Assembly: GCA_964440805.1 (NCBI GenBank) | Contig: CAYTTR010000007.1 | Coordinates: 9,795 to 73,794 of the forward strand | Reading direction: 5' to 3' | Source: an uncultured Eubacteriales bacterium | Lineage (GTDB): Bacteria; Acidobacteriota; Aminicenantia; Aminicenantales; Aminicenantaceae | DNA: 64,000 bases | Shown here: piece after piece, positions 56,258-64,000 of the stretch | Numbering within the stretch: the first letter of the stretch is position 1 | Layout: every line of letters starts with the position of its first letter | Notes under the pieces: model-generated | Told to the model about the DNA's origin: nothing | Seen by the model: only the letters and a program-made list of their open reading frames with translations | Database searches by the model: none | Position numbers and translations under genes: made by a program

Positions 56258-57264
56258 AAATTCGGCGTGCAAAACCTGAAGAATGTAAGCCTGTTAACAA
56301 GCTTATGGAAATGGTGATTGATGAAATCTATGCCCGGGAACCGGAGAAGGTGAGGAAAACTCTAAAGGCAAATTTTACTCAGGAGGCTCTAAAGGAGCTC
56401 TGTAAAGAAGAGCAGTCATTACTCTATGTGGCAGAAGAAAAAGAATTAATTGTTGCCTTTCTCTTTGGCTGGTTTTTTCATAATATTTTCACTATTTATT
56501 GGATTTATACCCTGAAGGAATACCGGGGCAAAGGGATTGTTAAAGAATTGATGGGATATGCTGAAAAAGAGGTTCTTAAAATGGGCTGTTACAAAATTGA
56601 AATGTATGTCTATGCTGAGCATAACCGGTTTCTAAATTTCTGTTCCAAGCTGGGATTTAAAAAGGGACCGCTGCTTAGGAAAAACATGTTTGGAGTTAAA
56701 ATACGCCATATTTATAAATACATCGGTGATTACCAAAAGGCTCAAAAAGAGAAAAAAATAAAGATAATAGGAGAAGCCGGCCAGGGCGTAAAGCTGCTAT
56801 CTTTTACCCTGGCCTCAATTCTTTCCCAACTGGGAAATGAGGTTTCTCTTAACCTCGAGTATGATGCTGCTGTCCGCAGCGGAACCATCAGTGCTGATTT
56901 GATTTATTCTGATGAAAAGATCGAGAATCCAATTATTGACGAAGCTGATGTTCTCATTAAGTTCACCCGGACCAGGGACTGGTTTCCAGCTAGGAGTCTG
57001 GTCATTGATGAGAGTATATGTGAGCCTGAGCCTCTGAGCTGTGAGATTAAAAGTTGGAAAGGGACCTTCTATGGTTTTGAGAATGTAGCCATTACCAGGT
57101 TCGGAAGCAAGATGTATATTAATATGATTGCCCTGGGAAGGATTCTCCGCTATATTGGGATAAATATCATGATTATAAACATCAAGGACCTGCTTCCTCC
57201 CAAAACCTTAGAGAAAAACCTGGCTGCAATAAAGTACGGATTCAACTATCGTGACGCAGTTTAA
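56254..57264 (+). CDS. korC: Fusion protein: N-terminal GNAT acetyltransferase domain + C-terminal 2-oxoacid:ferredoxin oxidoreductase gamma subunit
   Basis: Residues about 1-155 have GNAT motif A (YRGKGIVKELMGYAEKEVLKMG) and a Q/R-x-x-G-x-G/A-like arrangement. Residues about 165-336 (KIKIIGEAGQGVKLLSFTLASILSQLGNEVS...) match the KorC/PorG gamma subunit. Start overlaps the korB stop. Confidence 0.65.
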   Translation: MKIRRAKPEECKPVNKLMEMVIDEIYAREPEKVRKTLKANFTQEALKELCKEEQSLLYVAEEKELIVAFLFGWFFHNIFTIYWIYTLKEYRGKGIVKELMGYAEKEVLKMGCYKIEMYVYAEHNRFLNFCSKLGFKKGPLLRKNMFGVKIRHIYKYIGDYQKAQKEKKIKIIGEAGQGVKLLSFTLASILSQLGNEVSLNLEYDAAVRSGTISADLIYSDEKIENPIIDEADVLIKFTRTRDWFPARSLVIDESICEPEPLSCEIKSWKGTFYGFENVAITRFGSKMYINMIALGRILRYIGINIMIINIKDLLPPKTLEKNLAAIKYGFNYRDAV

Positions 57265-57849
57265 TCAATAAGATAAATTTGAAAGCACAGCGTTTTCCGT
57301 GATAGAGTTTCTTTATTTAAAGAGAGGAAGGGTATGGAATTCGTTACCCGCTCGATTCCTTAGTGAGGAATCTTGCTCCCGCTCGGGTTTCGCTCTCCTC
57401 TCCTCCGGAGAGGAACCATACCCGCTCATCCCTCACAGTGGATTTCTCATCCCTTGCCATTCCTCTCCTCACGGTTTTGGAATTGCTTTCCATAAATCTT
57501 ATTAATTGGATGATTTAGTATATAACTATAAAATAATATGATTATTGAAAAATATATTTTGCTTGACAATCTCCGATAAATACAGATATTATGAAGCCTT
57601 ATTTGCTTTTATGAAGGATAGAAAGTTCAGTTAAAAGGAGATATCGCTCTTTATATTAATGGCTGGACTGAGCTTGAGCTTATTGTGATATAAGTATTCT
57701 GCCTGTTTGTTTTGACTTCTCCAGGAATCTTTGTTATACCATTTCCTCATGTCAATGGTCACTATCTCTTCAGGTGACACCCATCCCCTAAAAGAAAGCA
57801 GCGTATTTAACAATTCGTTTTTTATTCAATTTATAGCGAGGAGGTTTTC

Positions 57850-60624
57850 ATGAGTTTTCACAAAAAAATAATTTTTCATTTTTTCTTAGTTTTATTACTT
57901 TCAGCAATTCTCTATTCATCTGAGGATATTACCACTCCAGCTGACTTTTTCGGCCATTCTATAGGCGATGATTATTTTCTGGCCAATTATACCCAGATGA
58001 TATCTTACTGGGAAAAGTTAGCTCAGGAGTCTGAACGGTTGGAGCTTTTTTCCATTGGAAAAACAGCTGAAGGCAGGAAGATATGGATGGCAGTGGTTAC
58101 TTCTGCTGAAAACCACAAAGAACTTTCCCTCTACCAGGAAATATCAAAAAAACTGGCTTTGGCCGAAGGCTTAAATGACCAGGAAGCACGAAAATTGGCT
58201 TCTCAAGGCAAGGCAGTAGTCTGGATTGACGGCGGACTTCACGGCACTGAAGTACTTGGTGCTCAGCAGCTTATTGAGCTTGTCTATCAAATGGTAAGCC
58301 GCAATGACCCGGAAACTCTGCGCATTCTTAATGATGTAATTCTCTTAGCGGCCTGTCCCAATCCGGATGGAATGGAGCTTGTCTCCAACTGGTACATGCG
58401 TCAGCAGGATCCACAAAAAAGAACAACTCGAGGACTTCCCGTGCTCTACCAGAAATATATCGGTCATGATAACAACCGTGATTTCTATATGGTTACCCAA
58501 CCCGAGACAGAAGCAGTCTGCCGGGTTTTTTACCACCAATGGTTTCCTCAAATAGTCTATAACCATCATCAGACCGGTCCTTCAGGAACAGTTCTTTTTG
58601 CTCCTCCTTTCCGTGATCCGTTTAACTATGTCTATGACCCTCTTGTTCCGGTGGGAATAGAGGTGGTGGGAGCAGCCATGCACAACCGTTTTGTGTCTGA
58701 AAATAAGCCGGGAGCCACTATGCGTTCCGGAGCCGGCTATTCTACCTGGTGGAATGGAGGATTAAGGACTACCGTTTATTTCCATAATATGATAGGAATT
58801 TTAACCGAAACTATCGGCAATCCAACTCCCATAGAAATTCCTTTTCTTCCCCAGAAGCTACTCCCTTCATTTGATCTTCCTTACCCTATAATGCCCCAGA
58901 AGTGGCATTTCCGCCAGTCGGTTGAATACGCTATAACTGCCGATAAAGCTATTCTGGATATTGCCTCAAGACATAAAGAAGGGTTTCTTTACAATATCTA
59001 CCAGATGGGCAGAAATTCCATTCGGAAAGGGACGCAGGACACCTGGACTATTATTCCGGATTTTATCAAAGAGGTAGAAGATGCTATTAAAAAGGACAAA
59101 GCCGAAATGATCGGCTCGGGAAGGCAAAGAGGATATCCTCTGGAATACCTGAAGACTATCCGGGATCCTGACAAACGGGATCCCCGGGGATATATTATTC
59201 CTTCAAATCAGCCGGATTTTCTTACTGCTGTAAAGTTCGTCAATGCTCTTATCAAAACCGGAGTCAGAGTTCTTAAAGCCCCCAATGATTTCCAGATAGA
59301 AGAGAAGAATTACCCTACCGGCTCTCTTGTTGTTATGACCGCTCAAGCTTTCCGGCCGCACATTCTTTCCATGTTCGAGCCCCAGAATCATCCTGATGAC
59401 CGCTTATATCCAGGCGGTCCTCCCAATCCTCCCTATGACAGTGCCGGCTGGACTCTTGCTTACCAGATGGGGGTTGAATTCGACCGGATTCTTGATGGAT
59501 TTGAAGGTCCTTTTGAAAAAATAGAAGGATTGATAGAGCCACCGGCTGGAAAAATAAGAGGAAAAGAGAGTGTTTCCGGCTATCTTCTTGACCACCGGGT
59601 TAATGATTCTTTTGTGGTTGTAAACCGCCTTCTTAAATCTGGAGCGGAGGTTTATTGGTTGAAAAATGGGATTTCTGTGGAAAACACATATTTTCCAACG
59701 GGTACAATTTATATTCCCGCCAAAGATTCTCTAAAACCAATTATAGAAAAAGCGGCCGGGGAATTAGGCCTCAATTTTACCGGAGTAAAAAACAAACCTG
59801 AGGGTGAAGCTTTGGAGTTAAATAAAGTGAGGATAGGCCTTTGGGACCGTTATGGGGGATCTATGGATTCCGGCTGGATAAGGTGGATTTTGGAACAATT
59901 TGAATTTCCCTATGAGCTTGTTTTTGCTAAGCGTTTGGATGAAGGGAACATCCGGCAAAAATATGATGTTTTAATTTTTGTTAATAGAGCTATCCCGGAG
60001 AAAGATAGAAGAGAAGACGAATGGTCCCGCTACTTCCAGCCTCCCAAACCCGAAGAAGTACCCCCTGAATATAGAGATCGCCTGGGTGAAATCACTATAG
60101 AAAAGACTGTTCCTCAATTAGCTGAGTTTCTAAAGGAGGGAGGGACTATTCTCGCTCTGGGAAGTTCCACTTGCCTTGCTTATCACCTTGGCCTGCCGGT
60201 AAAAGATGGCTTGACGGAAGTCTTAGCTGATGGAACTGTAAGGCCGCTTCCCAGAGACAAATTTTTTATTCCTGGTTCTGTTCTTGAAGTAAGAGTAAAT
60301 AATTCCAGCCCTCTGGCTTATGGCCTGCCGGATAGGGTCGATGTTTATTTCAACCGCAGCTCTGTTTTTCACTTGACTCCTGAGGCTTCAGTTAAAGAAC
60401 TTCAACCAGTTGCCTGGTTTGATAAAGACAAACCCCTGCGCAGCGGCTGGGCCTGGGGCCAGCATTACTTGAAGAACGGAACCGCAGTCTTGGAATGCAA
60501 GGTAGGAAAAGGAAATCTTTTCCTTTTTGGACCAGAGATAACCTTTAGGGCTCAGCCCCATGGAACTTTCAAGTTCCTGTTCAATGGCATTTACTACGGA
60601 CAGGCTTCAGAAAAAAGGTTTTGA
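57850..60624 (+). CDS. Secreted M14-family zinc carboxypeptidase with about 550-aa C-terminal extension
   Basis: Signal peptide, then an M14 catalytic core with Zn ligands HGTE (WIDGGLHGTEVLG), NPDG and a downstream His (YNHHQTG). Total 924 aa, far longer than the roughly 300-aa catalytic domain. Confidence 0.7.
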   Translation: MSFHKKIIFHFFLVLLLSAILYSSEDITTPADFFGHSIGDDYFLANYTQMISYWEKLAQESERLELFSIGKTAEGRKIWMAVVTSAENHKELSLYQEISKKLALAEGLNDQEARKLASQGKAVVWIDGGLHGTEVLGAQQLIELVYQMVSRNDPETLRILNDVILLAACPNPDGMELVSNWYMRQQDPQKRTTRGLPVLYQKYIGHDNNRDFYMVTQPETEAVCRVFYHQWFPQIVYNHHQTGPSGTVLFAPPFRDPFNYVYDPLVPVGIEVVGAAMHNRFVSENKPGATMRSGAGYSTWWNGGLRTTVYFHNMIGILTETIGNPTPIEIPFLPQKLLPSFDLPYPIMPQKWHFRQSVEYAITADKAILDIASRHKEGFLYNIYQMGRNSIRKGTQDTWTIIPDFIKEVEDAIKKDKAEMIGSGRQRGYPLEYLKTIRDPDKRDPRGYIIPSNQPDFLTAVKFVNALIKTGVRVLKAPNDFQIEEKNYPTGSLVVMTAQAFRPHILSMFEPQNHPDDRLYPGGPPNPPYDSAGWTLAYQMGVEFDRILDGFEGPFEKIEGLIEPPAGKIRGKESVSGYLLDHRVNDSFVVVNRLLKSGAEVYWLKNGISVENTYFPTGTIYIPAKDSLKPIIEKAAGELGLNFTGVKNKPEGEALELNKVRIGLWDRYGGSMDSGWIRWILEQFEFPYELVFAKRLDEGNIRQKYDVLIFVNRAIPEKDRREDEWSRYFQPPKPEEVPPEYRDRLGEITIEKTVPQLAEFLKEGGTILALGSSTCLAYHLGLPVKDGLTEVLADGTVRPLPRDKFFIPGSVLEVRVNNSSPLAYGLPDRVDVYFNRSSVFHLTPEASVKELQPVAWFDKDKPLRSGWAWGQHYLKNGTAVLECKVGKGNLFLFGPEITFRAQPHGTFKFLFNGIYYGQASEKRF

Positions 60625-60842
60625 TATTTAAATAACACTTTTTTCTTTCCTTAATTTTATATTTTAAAAATTAAAAATTTAAAAAGAAAAATTAGTGGCG
60701 GTTTTATCCATTTACCCAATTTTTCGGTAAGTTCTCAATAAATAGAGGTAAGTTCCGATAATGGATTCATTGGAATTATGGTGGGGCAGACGCCATTTTT
60801 CGCCCTTAATTTATCTTTTATCAAAGTGTTGTCCGTTATCAA

Positions 60843-61063
60843 TTAACCTGGATTATTAACGAGTTGAGGTGGCTGCAGATGTGGCAAGATCGGCTCGTCC
60901 AAAGGGTAAAAAAGGCCGTTTTTTTAATAAAAATTGATGACAGAGTTTAAGAAACTTGCTTTCTCTTTGTACGGCTTGAGAAGTTCTCTTAAGTCATTCA
61001 TAGTCTTTGTTATCTTTTGTTATATTATATGTATCGGCCTTTTTTATAAATAGTTCAGGTTAA
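60843..61063. mobile_element. MITE-like element, copy d (inverted orientation, 221 bp, lacks the 55-bp hairpin core) with TTAA flanks
   Basis: Starts TTAACCTGGATTATTAACGAGTTGAGGTGGCTGCAGATG (reverse complement of copy c right end) and ends GTATCGGCCTTTTTTATAAATAGTTCAGGTTAA (reverse complement of copy c left end). Interior GATCGGCTCGTCCAAAGGGTAAAAAAGGCCG is the reverse complement of the CGGCCTTTTTTACCCTATGGGCGAGCCGATC in copy c. Ends 6 nt before the sppA stop. Confidence 0.7.
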
Positions 61064-61068
61064 ATTAC

Positions 61069-62034
61069 TCAATACTTAGGCAGCCAGAGGTAGTAGAATC
61101 CGGCTTTAAAGCTGGAGAGGAAATCATCCAGTCCGCTTCTTGGAGGGAAGGGATTGGGCTCCAGAGCCGAGGCATAAATATCGGTTTTTTTCTTAGGATA
61201 GTAAGTATAAGAAACTACATCAGCCTCTTTCAGGGAGACAAGAGAAAGGATTTTTTCTAAAGCATCAGGAAAATATCCAATTTGATCAATTAGTCCATGT
61301 TCTAAAGCCTGGTGCGCGGTTAGAATTCTGCCGTCAGCTATTTTTCTTAATTTCTCTTCTGAAATCTTTCTTTGACGGCCTTTCAGAACAATTTCCAGGA
61401 ACTTTTCATACATTTCGTTAATAATATTCTGAAATACTGCTTCTTCTTCAGAAGTGAGTTCTCTGAAAGGACTGCCGGCATCTTTCATCCGGCCGGATTT
61501 AATCACTTTAACTTCTACTCCCACTTTGGCGAGAAGCTCTTCAGTGCTGGGAAAAATGGAAATAACACCGATGCTTCCGGTAATAGTTGAAGGATGGGAG
61601 ATTAAATAATCGCAGGCTGAGGCTATATAATAGGCGCCTGAGGCAGCTGTCCCCATGGTTAGACCTACTACCGGAAACCCTGTTTTTTCTTTGAAGAGAA
61701 GAATTTCATGATGGATGATATCGGAGGCAGTGACTTCTCCGCCCGGCGAGTCGAGACGGAGAATAATACCTCTTATTTTTTCATCCCGGGCTGCCTTTTC
61801 TAATCTTGTGTAAATCTGGGAGGCCAGACCAGCCTCTCTTTTCAGAAGTCCAGGCTCAATTTCTAAGCCTATGATTCCAGTAACATCGAGGAGAAGGATT
61901 TTATCTCTGGCTGGGCTCTGGATAAGAACAACCTCGCTTAGTTCATCTTTTCCCAGAAGATCGAAATGAAAGTGAGGAAAACATGAAGATAAAAATATAG
62001 AAATAATTGCCAGAAAACCAATGTATTTTTTCAT
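61069..62034 (-). CDS. sppA: Signal peptide peptidase SppA (S49 family, 36K type)
   Basis: N-terminal TM, then ...IRGIILRLDSPGGEVTASD... and ...GLTMGTAASGAYYIASACDYLISHPSTITGSIGVI... (catalytic Ser/Lys region of S49). Confidence 0.85.
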   Translation of the reverse strand: MKKYIGFLAIISIFLSSCFPHFHFDLLGKDELSEVVLIQSPARDKILLLDVTGIIGLEIEPGLLKREAGLASQIYTRLEKAARDEKIRGIILRLDSPGGEVTASDIIHHEILLFKEKTGFPVVGLTMGTAASGAYYIASACDYLISHPSTITGSIGVISIFPSTEELLAKVGVEVKVIKSGRMKDAGSPFRELTSEEEAVFQNIINEMYEKFLEIVLKGRQRKISEEKLRKIADGRILTAHQALEHGLIDQIGYFPDALEKILSLVSLKEADVVSYTYYPKKKTDIYASALEPNPFPPRSGLDDFLSSFKAGFYYLWLPKY

Positions 62035-62046
62035 CTGGTTTCTCCT

Positions 62047-63012
62047 TTAGTTATTATTTCTTCTTTTTCCCGAATCAGAGAGAGTTCTCAATTCTTCAGG
62101 AAACGGTTGGAAATAAACCTGATTTTTCAAATTAGATTCATCGAAACGAATTATCCAGGATTTTAAAAGTGTGGCTGGTACGCTGAGGGGAATTTTTCCT
62201 AATCGGTAGTGCTGAAGAATATCCAGAAAATGAGCTTTTTCTGGGGAAGAGAGTTTTTTGGAAAAAAACCCCAGGGCCTGCATAAGTACATTAATGTTTG
62301 AGGTTGAACGAGATGGGTTGGATAAAATCTTTTCCAGCAATCTCCGATAGGCGGAAATAACTTCTTCAAATGTTTTCTTTTCGTGATTAGCTACTATTTT
62401 ACCCATCTTTCTGAATACCTTCTGATTATAGGACATTAAAAGCAGTTTGGGTTGAGTGTGGAATTGTATTAGGTTGGATATGGATAAGGCGCTTTTCCGG
62501 AAACTGGCGGTGGTGAAAATTTTGGTAAAGAAATGTTCTCTTATCCTGAAGTTGGTTAACCTTTCATCCTCTTCAATGGCAGTGGCAGGAAAAAAGTTTA
62601 AAACTTCCCTACCGAAAAATCCTTTTCCTTTACATTTTGGTTTAATATCATGGGAGCCATTGTAAATATTTACATTTTTTATTCCACAAGAAGGTGACCG
62701 GCTCTTAAGAATCCATCCATCGACCTCAGGTACTGAATTGAGATAATCATGGGAAAATTTAATCATATCCTTGGTTAAATTCTTTCCGGAAGCAGGCTGG
62801 ATAAGCTGATAATTTTTCTTCTGGTCTAAAAGTCTAATGGGATGTCGGGGAACACCAAGACCTATTTCAAGCTCGGGACAAACTGTTTGAAATTCTACAA
62901 ATGGCTTAAGGTTTTCTATTGCCTCGGAAAAAATCATCTTTCCATTCCAGCGGCAAGGAGCAAAACCGAGACATTTACTGACATAAACTAAGGGGCGCTG
63001 ATATTCAGTCAC
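62047..63012 (-). CDS. DUF523 (TudS-like Fe-S, 2-thiouracil-desulfurase family) + DUF1722 (YbgA-like) fusion protein
   Basis: N-terminus VYVSKCLGFAPCRWNGKMIF...VCPELEIGLGVPR... matches the Cys-containing DUF523 core. The C-terminal half is alpha-helical, resembling YbgA/DUF1722. The family assignment is from memory of the motif, not a search. Confidence 0.5.
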   Translation of the reverse strand: MTEYQRPLVYVSKCLGFAPCRWNGKMIFSEAIENLKPFVEFQTVCPELEIGLGVPRHPIRLLDQKKNYQLIQPASGKNLTKDMIKFSHDYLNSVPEVDGWILKSRSPSCGIKNVNIYNGSHDIKPKCKGKGFFGREVLNFFPATAIEEDERLTNFRIREHFFTKIFTTASFRKSALSISNLIQFHTQPKLLLMSYNQKVFRKMGKIVANHEKKTFEEVISAYRRLLEKILSNPSRSTSNINVLMQALGFFSKKLSSPEKAHFLDILQHYRLGKIPLSVPATLLKSWIIRFDESNLKNQVYFQPFPEELRTLSDSGKRRNNN

Positions 63013-63430
63013 GCAGTAGACCTTTTTTTGATTTGAAGAAGAATTTTATTAGTACCAAAATGCATATCATCGCAGGTGAGCGAAGCGAGTGTAGTGATCT
63101 CTTTTTCATCCACCGTGGGTGTCGAGACCGCCATGGGGAATTAGCAGATAAATATGAAGGCATTTCAGGTAGGAGATATTTGACCATAAAAGAATTTATC
63201 CCACTTGAGAATCTATACCACAGGAAAGAAAACCAGTCAAAACAATCCGCACTTTATATTGCCAAATAAAAGTTTCTAATGTAAAATTAATTTACAAAAG
63301 GGAAATCAATCGGGCAGGTTTTTGCTTTCAGGAATCAAAAAGGAAGGGCATTTTGTTTGGTACAAAATTTGCTGTTTTTAATTTGAGCAGGTTAAATGGT
63401 AATTAGCATGTGGAACTTTAAAAATAGTAA

Positions 63431-64000
63431 ATGGGGGCTGTTTTGAAGAACAAAGCTTTTAGCCGATTGCTGTTGGGATTGATAGTTACTTTATCTATTT
63501 TTATCGGTTCATTGTTTGCTCAGTCCCGGGAACTTGGTCCTGGGGAAGTGCTGGAAAAGCTGGAGCAAGCCCTAATAAGCAGGGATATAAAGCTTTATGC
63601 CTCTTTTTTCTCCTCCCAGCTCAGGGTTAATGAAAAAGAAGCCATGGAGAGTTTCCTTAAGACCAACAGAATAACTCAAATCTCAGTTTTTCAAGCCTCT
63701 AACACCATTCTGTCAAATGATGAAGCAGAGATTTATCTTCGAGTTTTATTTGACAGCCAGGTGAGGGTCTTTCTCGAAACCTGGCACTTGACTTTTTCCC
63801 ATGAGACATCGGGCTGGGAAATAAAGGAAAAAATAATTACCAGTGATTTGGGTGCTTTGTACCGCCTATCTATTCCCTCTGACAATATTGAGCATGTTCA
63901 TAAGCTTGAGTTTGAACACACCGACATCCAATTCTCATTTAATGATGCCGTCTGTTTCTATGATAATCTTCCCGAGGCGAATACAGCCATGGTAATCATA
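63431..64000 (+). CDS. Hypothetical secreted protein, 3'-partial (runs off window end)
   Basis: ATG at 63431 opens a frame that stays open to base 64000 (about 190 codons). N-terminus MGAVLKNKAFSRLLLGLIVTLSIFIGSLFAQS is a signal peptide. Not in the ORF track because no stop lies in the window. Confidence 0.45.
   Translation, partial: MGAVLKNKAFSRLLLGLIVTLSIFIGSLFAQSRELGPGEVLEKLEQALISRDIKLYASFFSSQLRVNEKEAMESFLKTNRITQISVFQASNTILSNDEAEIYLRVLFDSQVRVFLETWHLTFSHETSGWEIKEKIITSDLGALYRLSIPSDNIEHVHKLEFEHTDIQFSFNDAVCFYDNLPEANTAMVII

Noticed and set aside
57299-57505. 68-aa ORF over the GC-rich intergenic island; also a T-loop-like GCTCGATTCC that briefly suggested a tRNA
   Set aside because: No acceptor, D or anticodon stems can be drawn around the T-loop-like string. 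The ORF has no start context and its composition reflects the palindromic DNA. It is kept as a possible ncRNA or repeat in the findings instead.
63033-63269. 78-aa ORF between the DUF523/DUF1722 gene and the terminal partial gene
   Set aside because: No motif, poor start context, and it lies in the probable promoter region of the divergent flanking genes. Likely spurious.
1-64000. CRISPR arrays, rRNA or tRNA genes, prophage or integrase genes, toxin-antitoxin pairs
   Set aside because: I scanned intergenic regions for evenly spaced direct repeats (none found, only the dispersed MITE/REP families), for tRNA cloverleaf hallmarks and for rRNA-like conserved blocks. None was found. No integrase, recombinase or phage structural homologues were recognised.

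Overview
This 64-kb window is low-GC (about 40-45%) bacterial chromosome from what looks like an anaerobic lineage, judging by two tungsten-type aldehyde:ferredoxin oxidoreductases, HdrA/MvhD, 2-oxoacid:ferredoxin oxidoreductase and fumarate reductase/SDH. Coding density is high and most genes are recognisable. Reading left to right:

- A partial macro-domain gene, then a TolB-like beta-propeller, a tandem class II aldolase and AOR-1 on the minus strand, with a divergent XRE regulator.
- Two overlapping PAS/HisKA_2 sensor kinases.
- An HdrA-MvhD-FeS-AsrA-like-AsrB-like module (putative flavin-based electron-bifurcating module), followed by a cNMP-binding protein and a convergent AOR-2.
- An ABC-F ATPase, a Na/Pi cotransporter with PhoU-like partner, SerC and a small Fis-type HTH protein.
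- A complete copper/silver island (csoR-copA-cupredoxin-cusCBA) that abuts the decayed remnants of an older OMF-MFP-RND efflux operon.
- A bacterial alpha-2-macroglobulin (intact CLEQ thioester) with pbpC, a histidine ammonia-lyase homologue with an Ala-Cys-Gly MIO triad, a methyltransferase, rpoD and a Na:solute symporter.
- A 10-gene translationally coupled operon: SdhC-like/SdhA/SdhB, Rieske protein, cytochrome b, a small membrane protein, then KorD/KorA/KorB and a GNAT-KorC fusion.
- A 924-aa M14 carboxypeptidase, SppA and a DUF523/DUF1722 protein.

The most unusual sequence-level signal is a family of non-autonomous MITE-like elements. They have roughly 27-bp terminal inverted repeats, 4-bp TTAA/TTAG flanks and an optional 55-bp internal hairpin module. 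Four copies are present, and they sit among two further short intergenic repeat families that co-occur with them. No rRNA, tRNA or CRISPR array was found. All calls rest on reading the sequence and remembered family signatures; no database search was possible.
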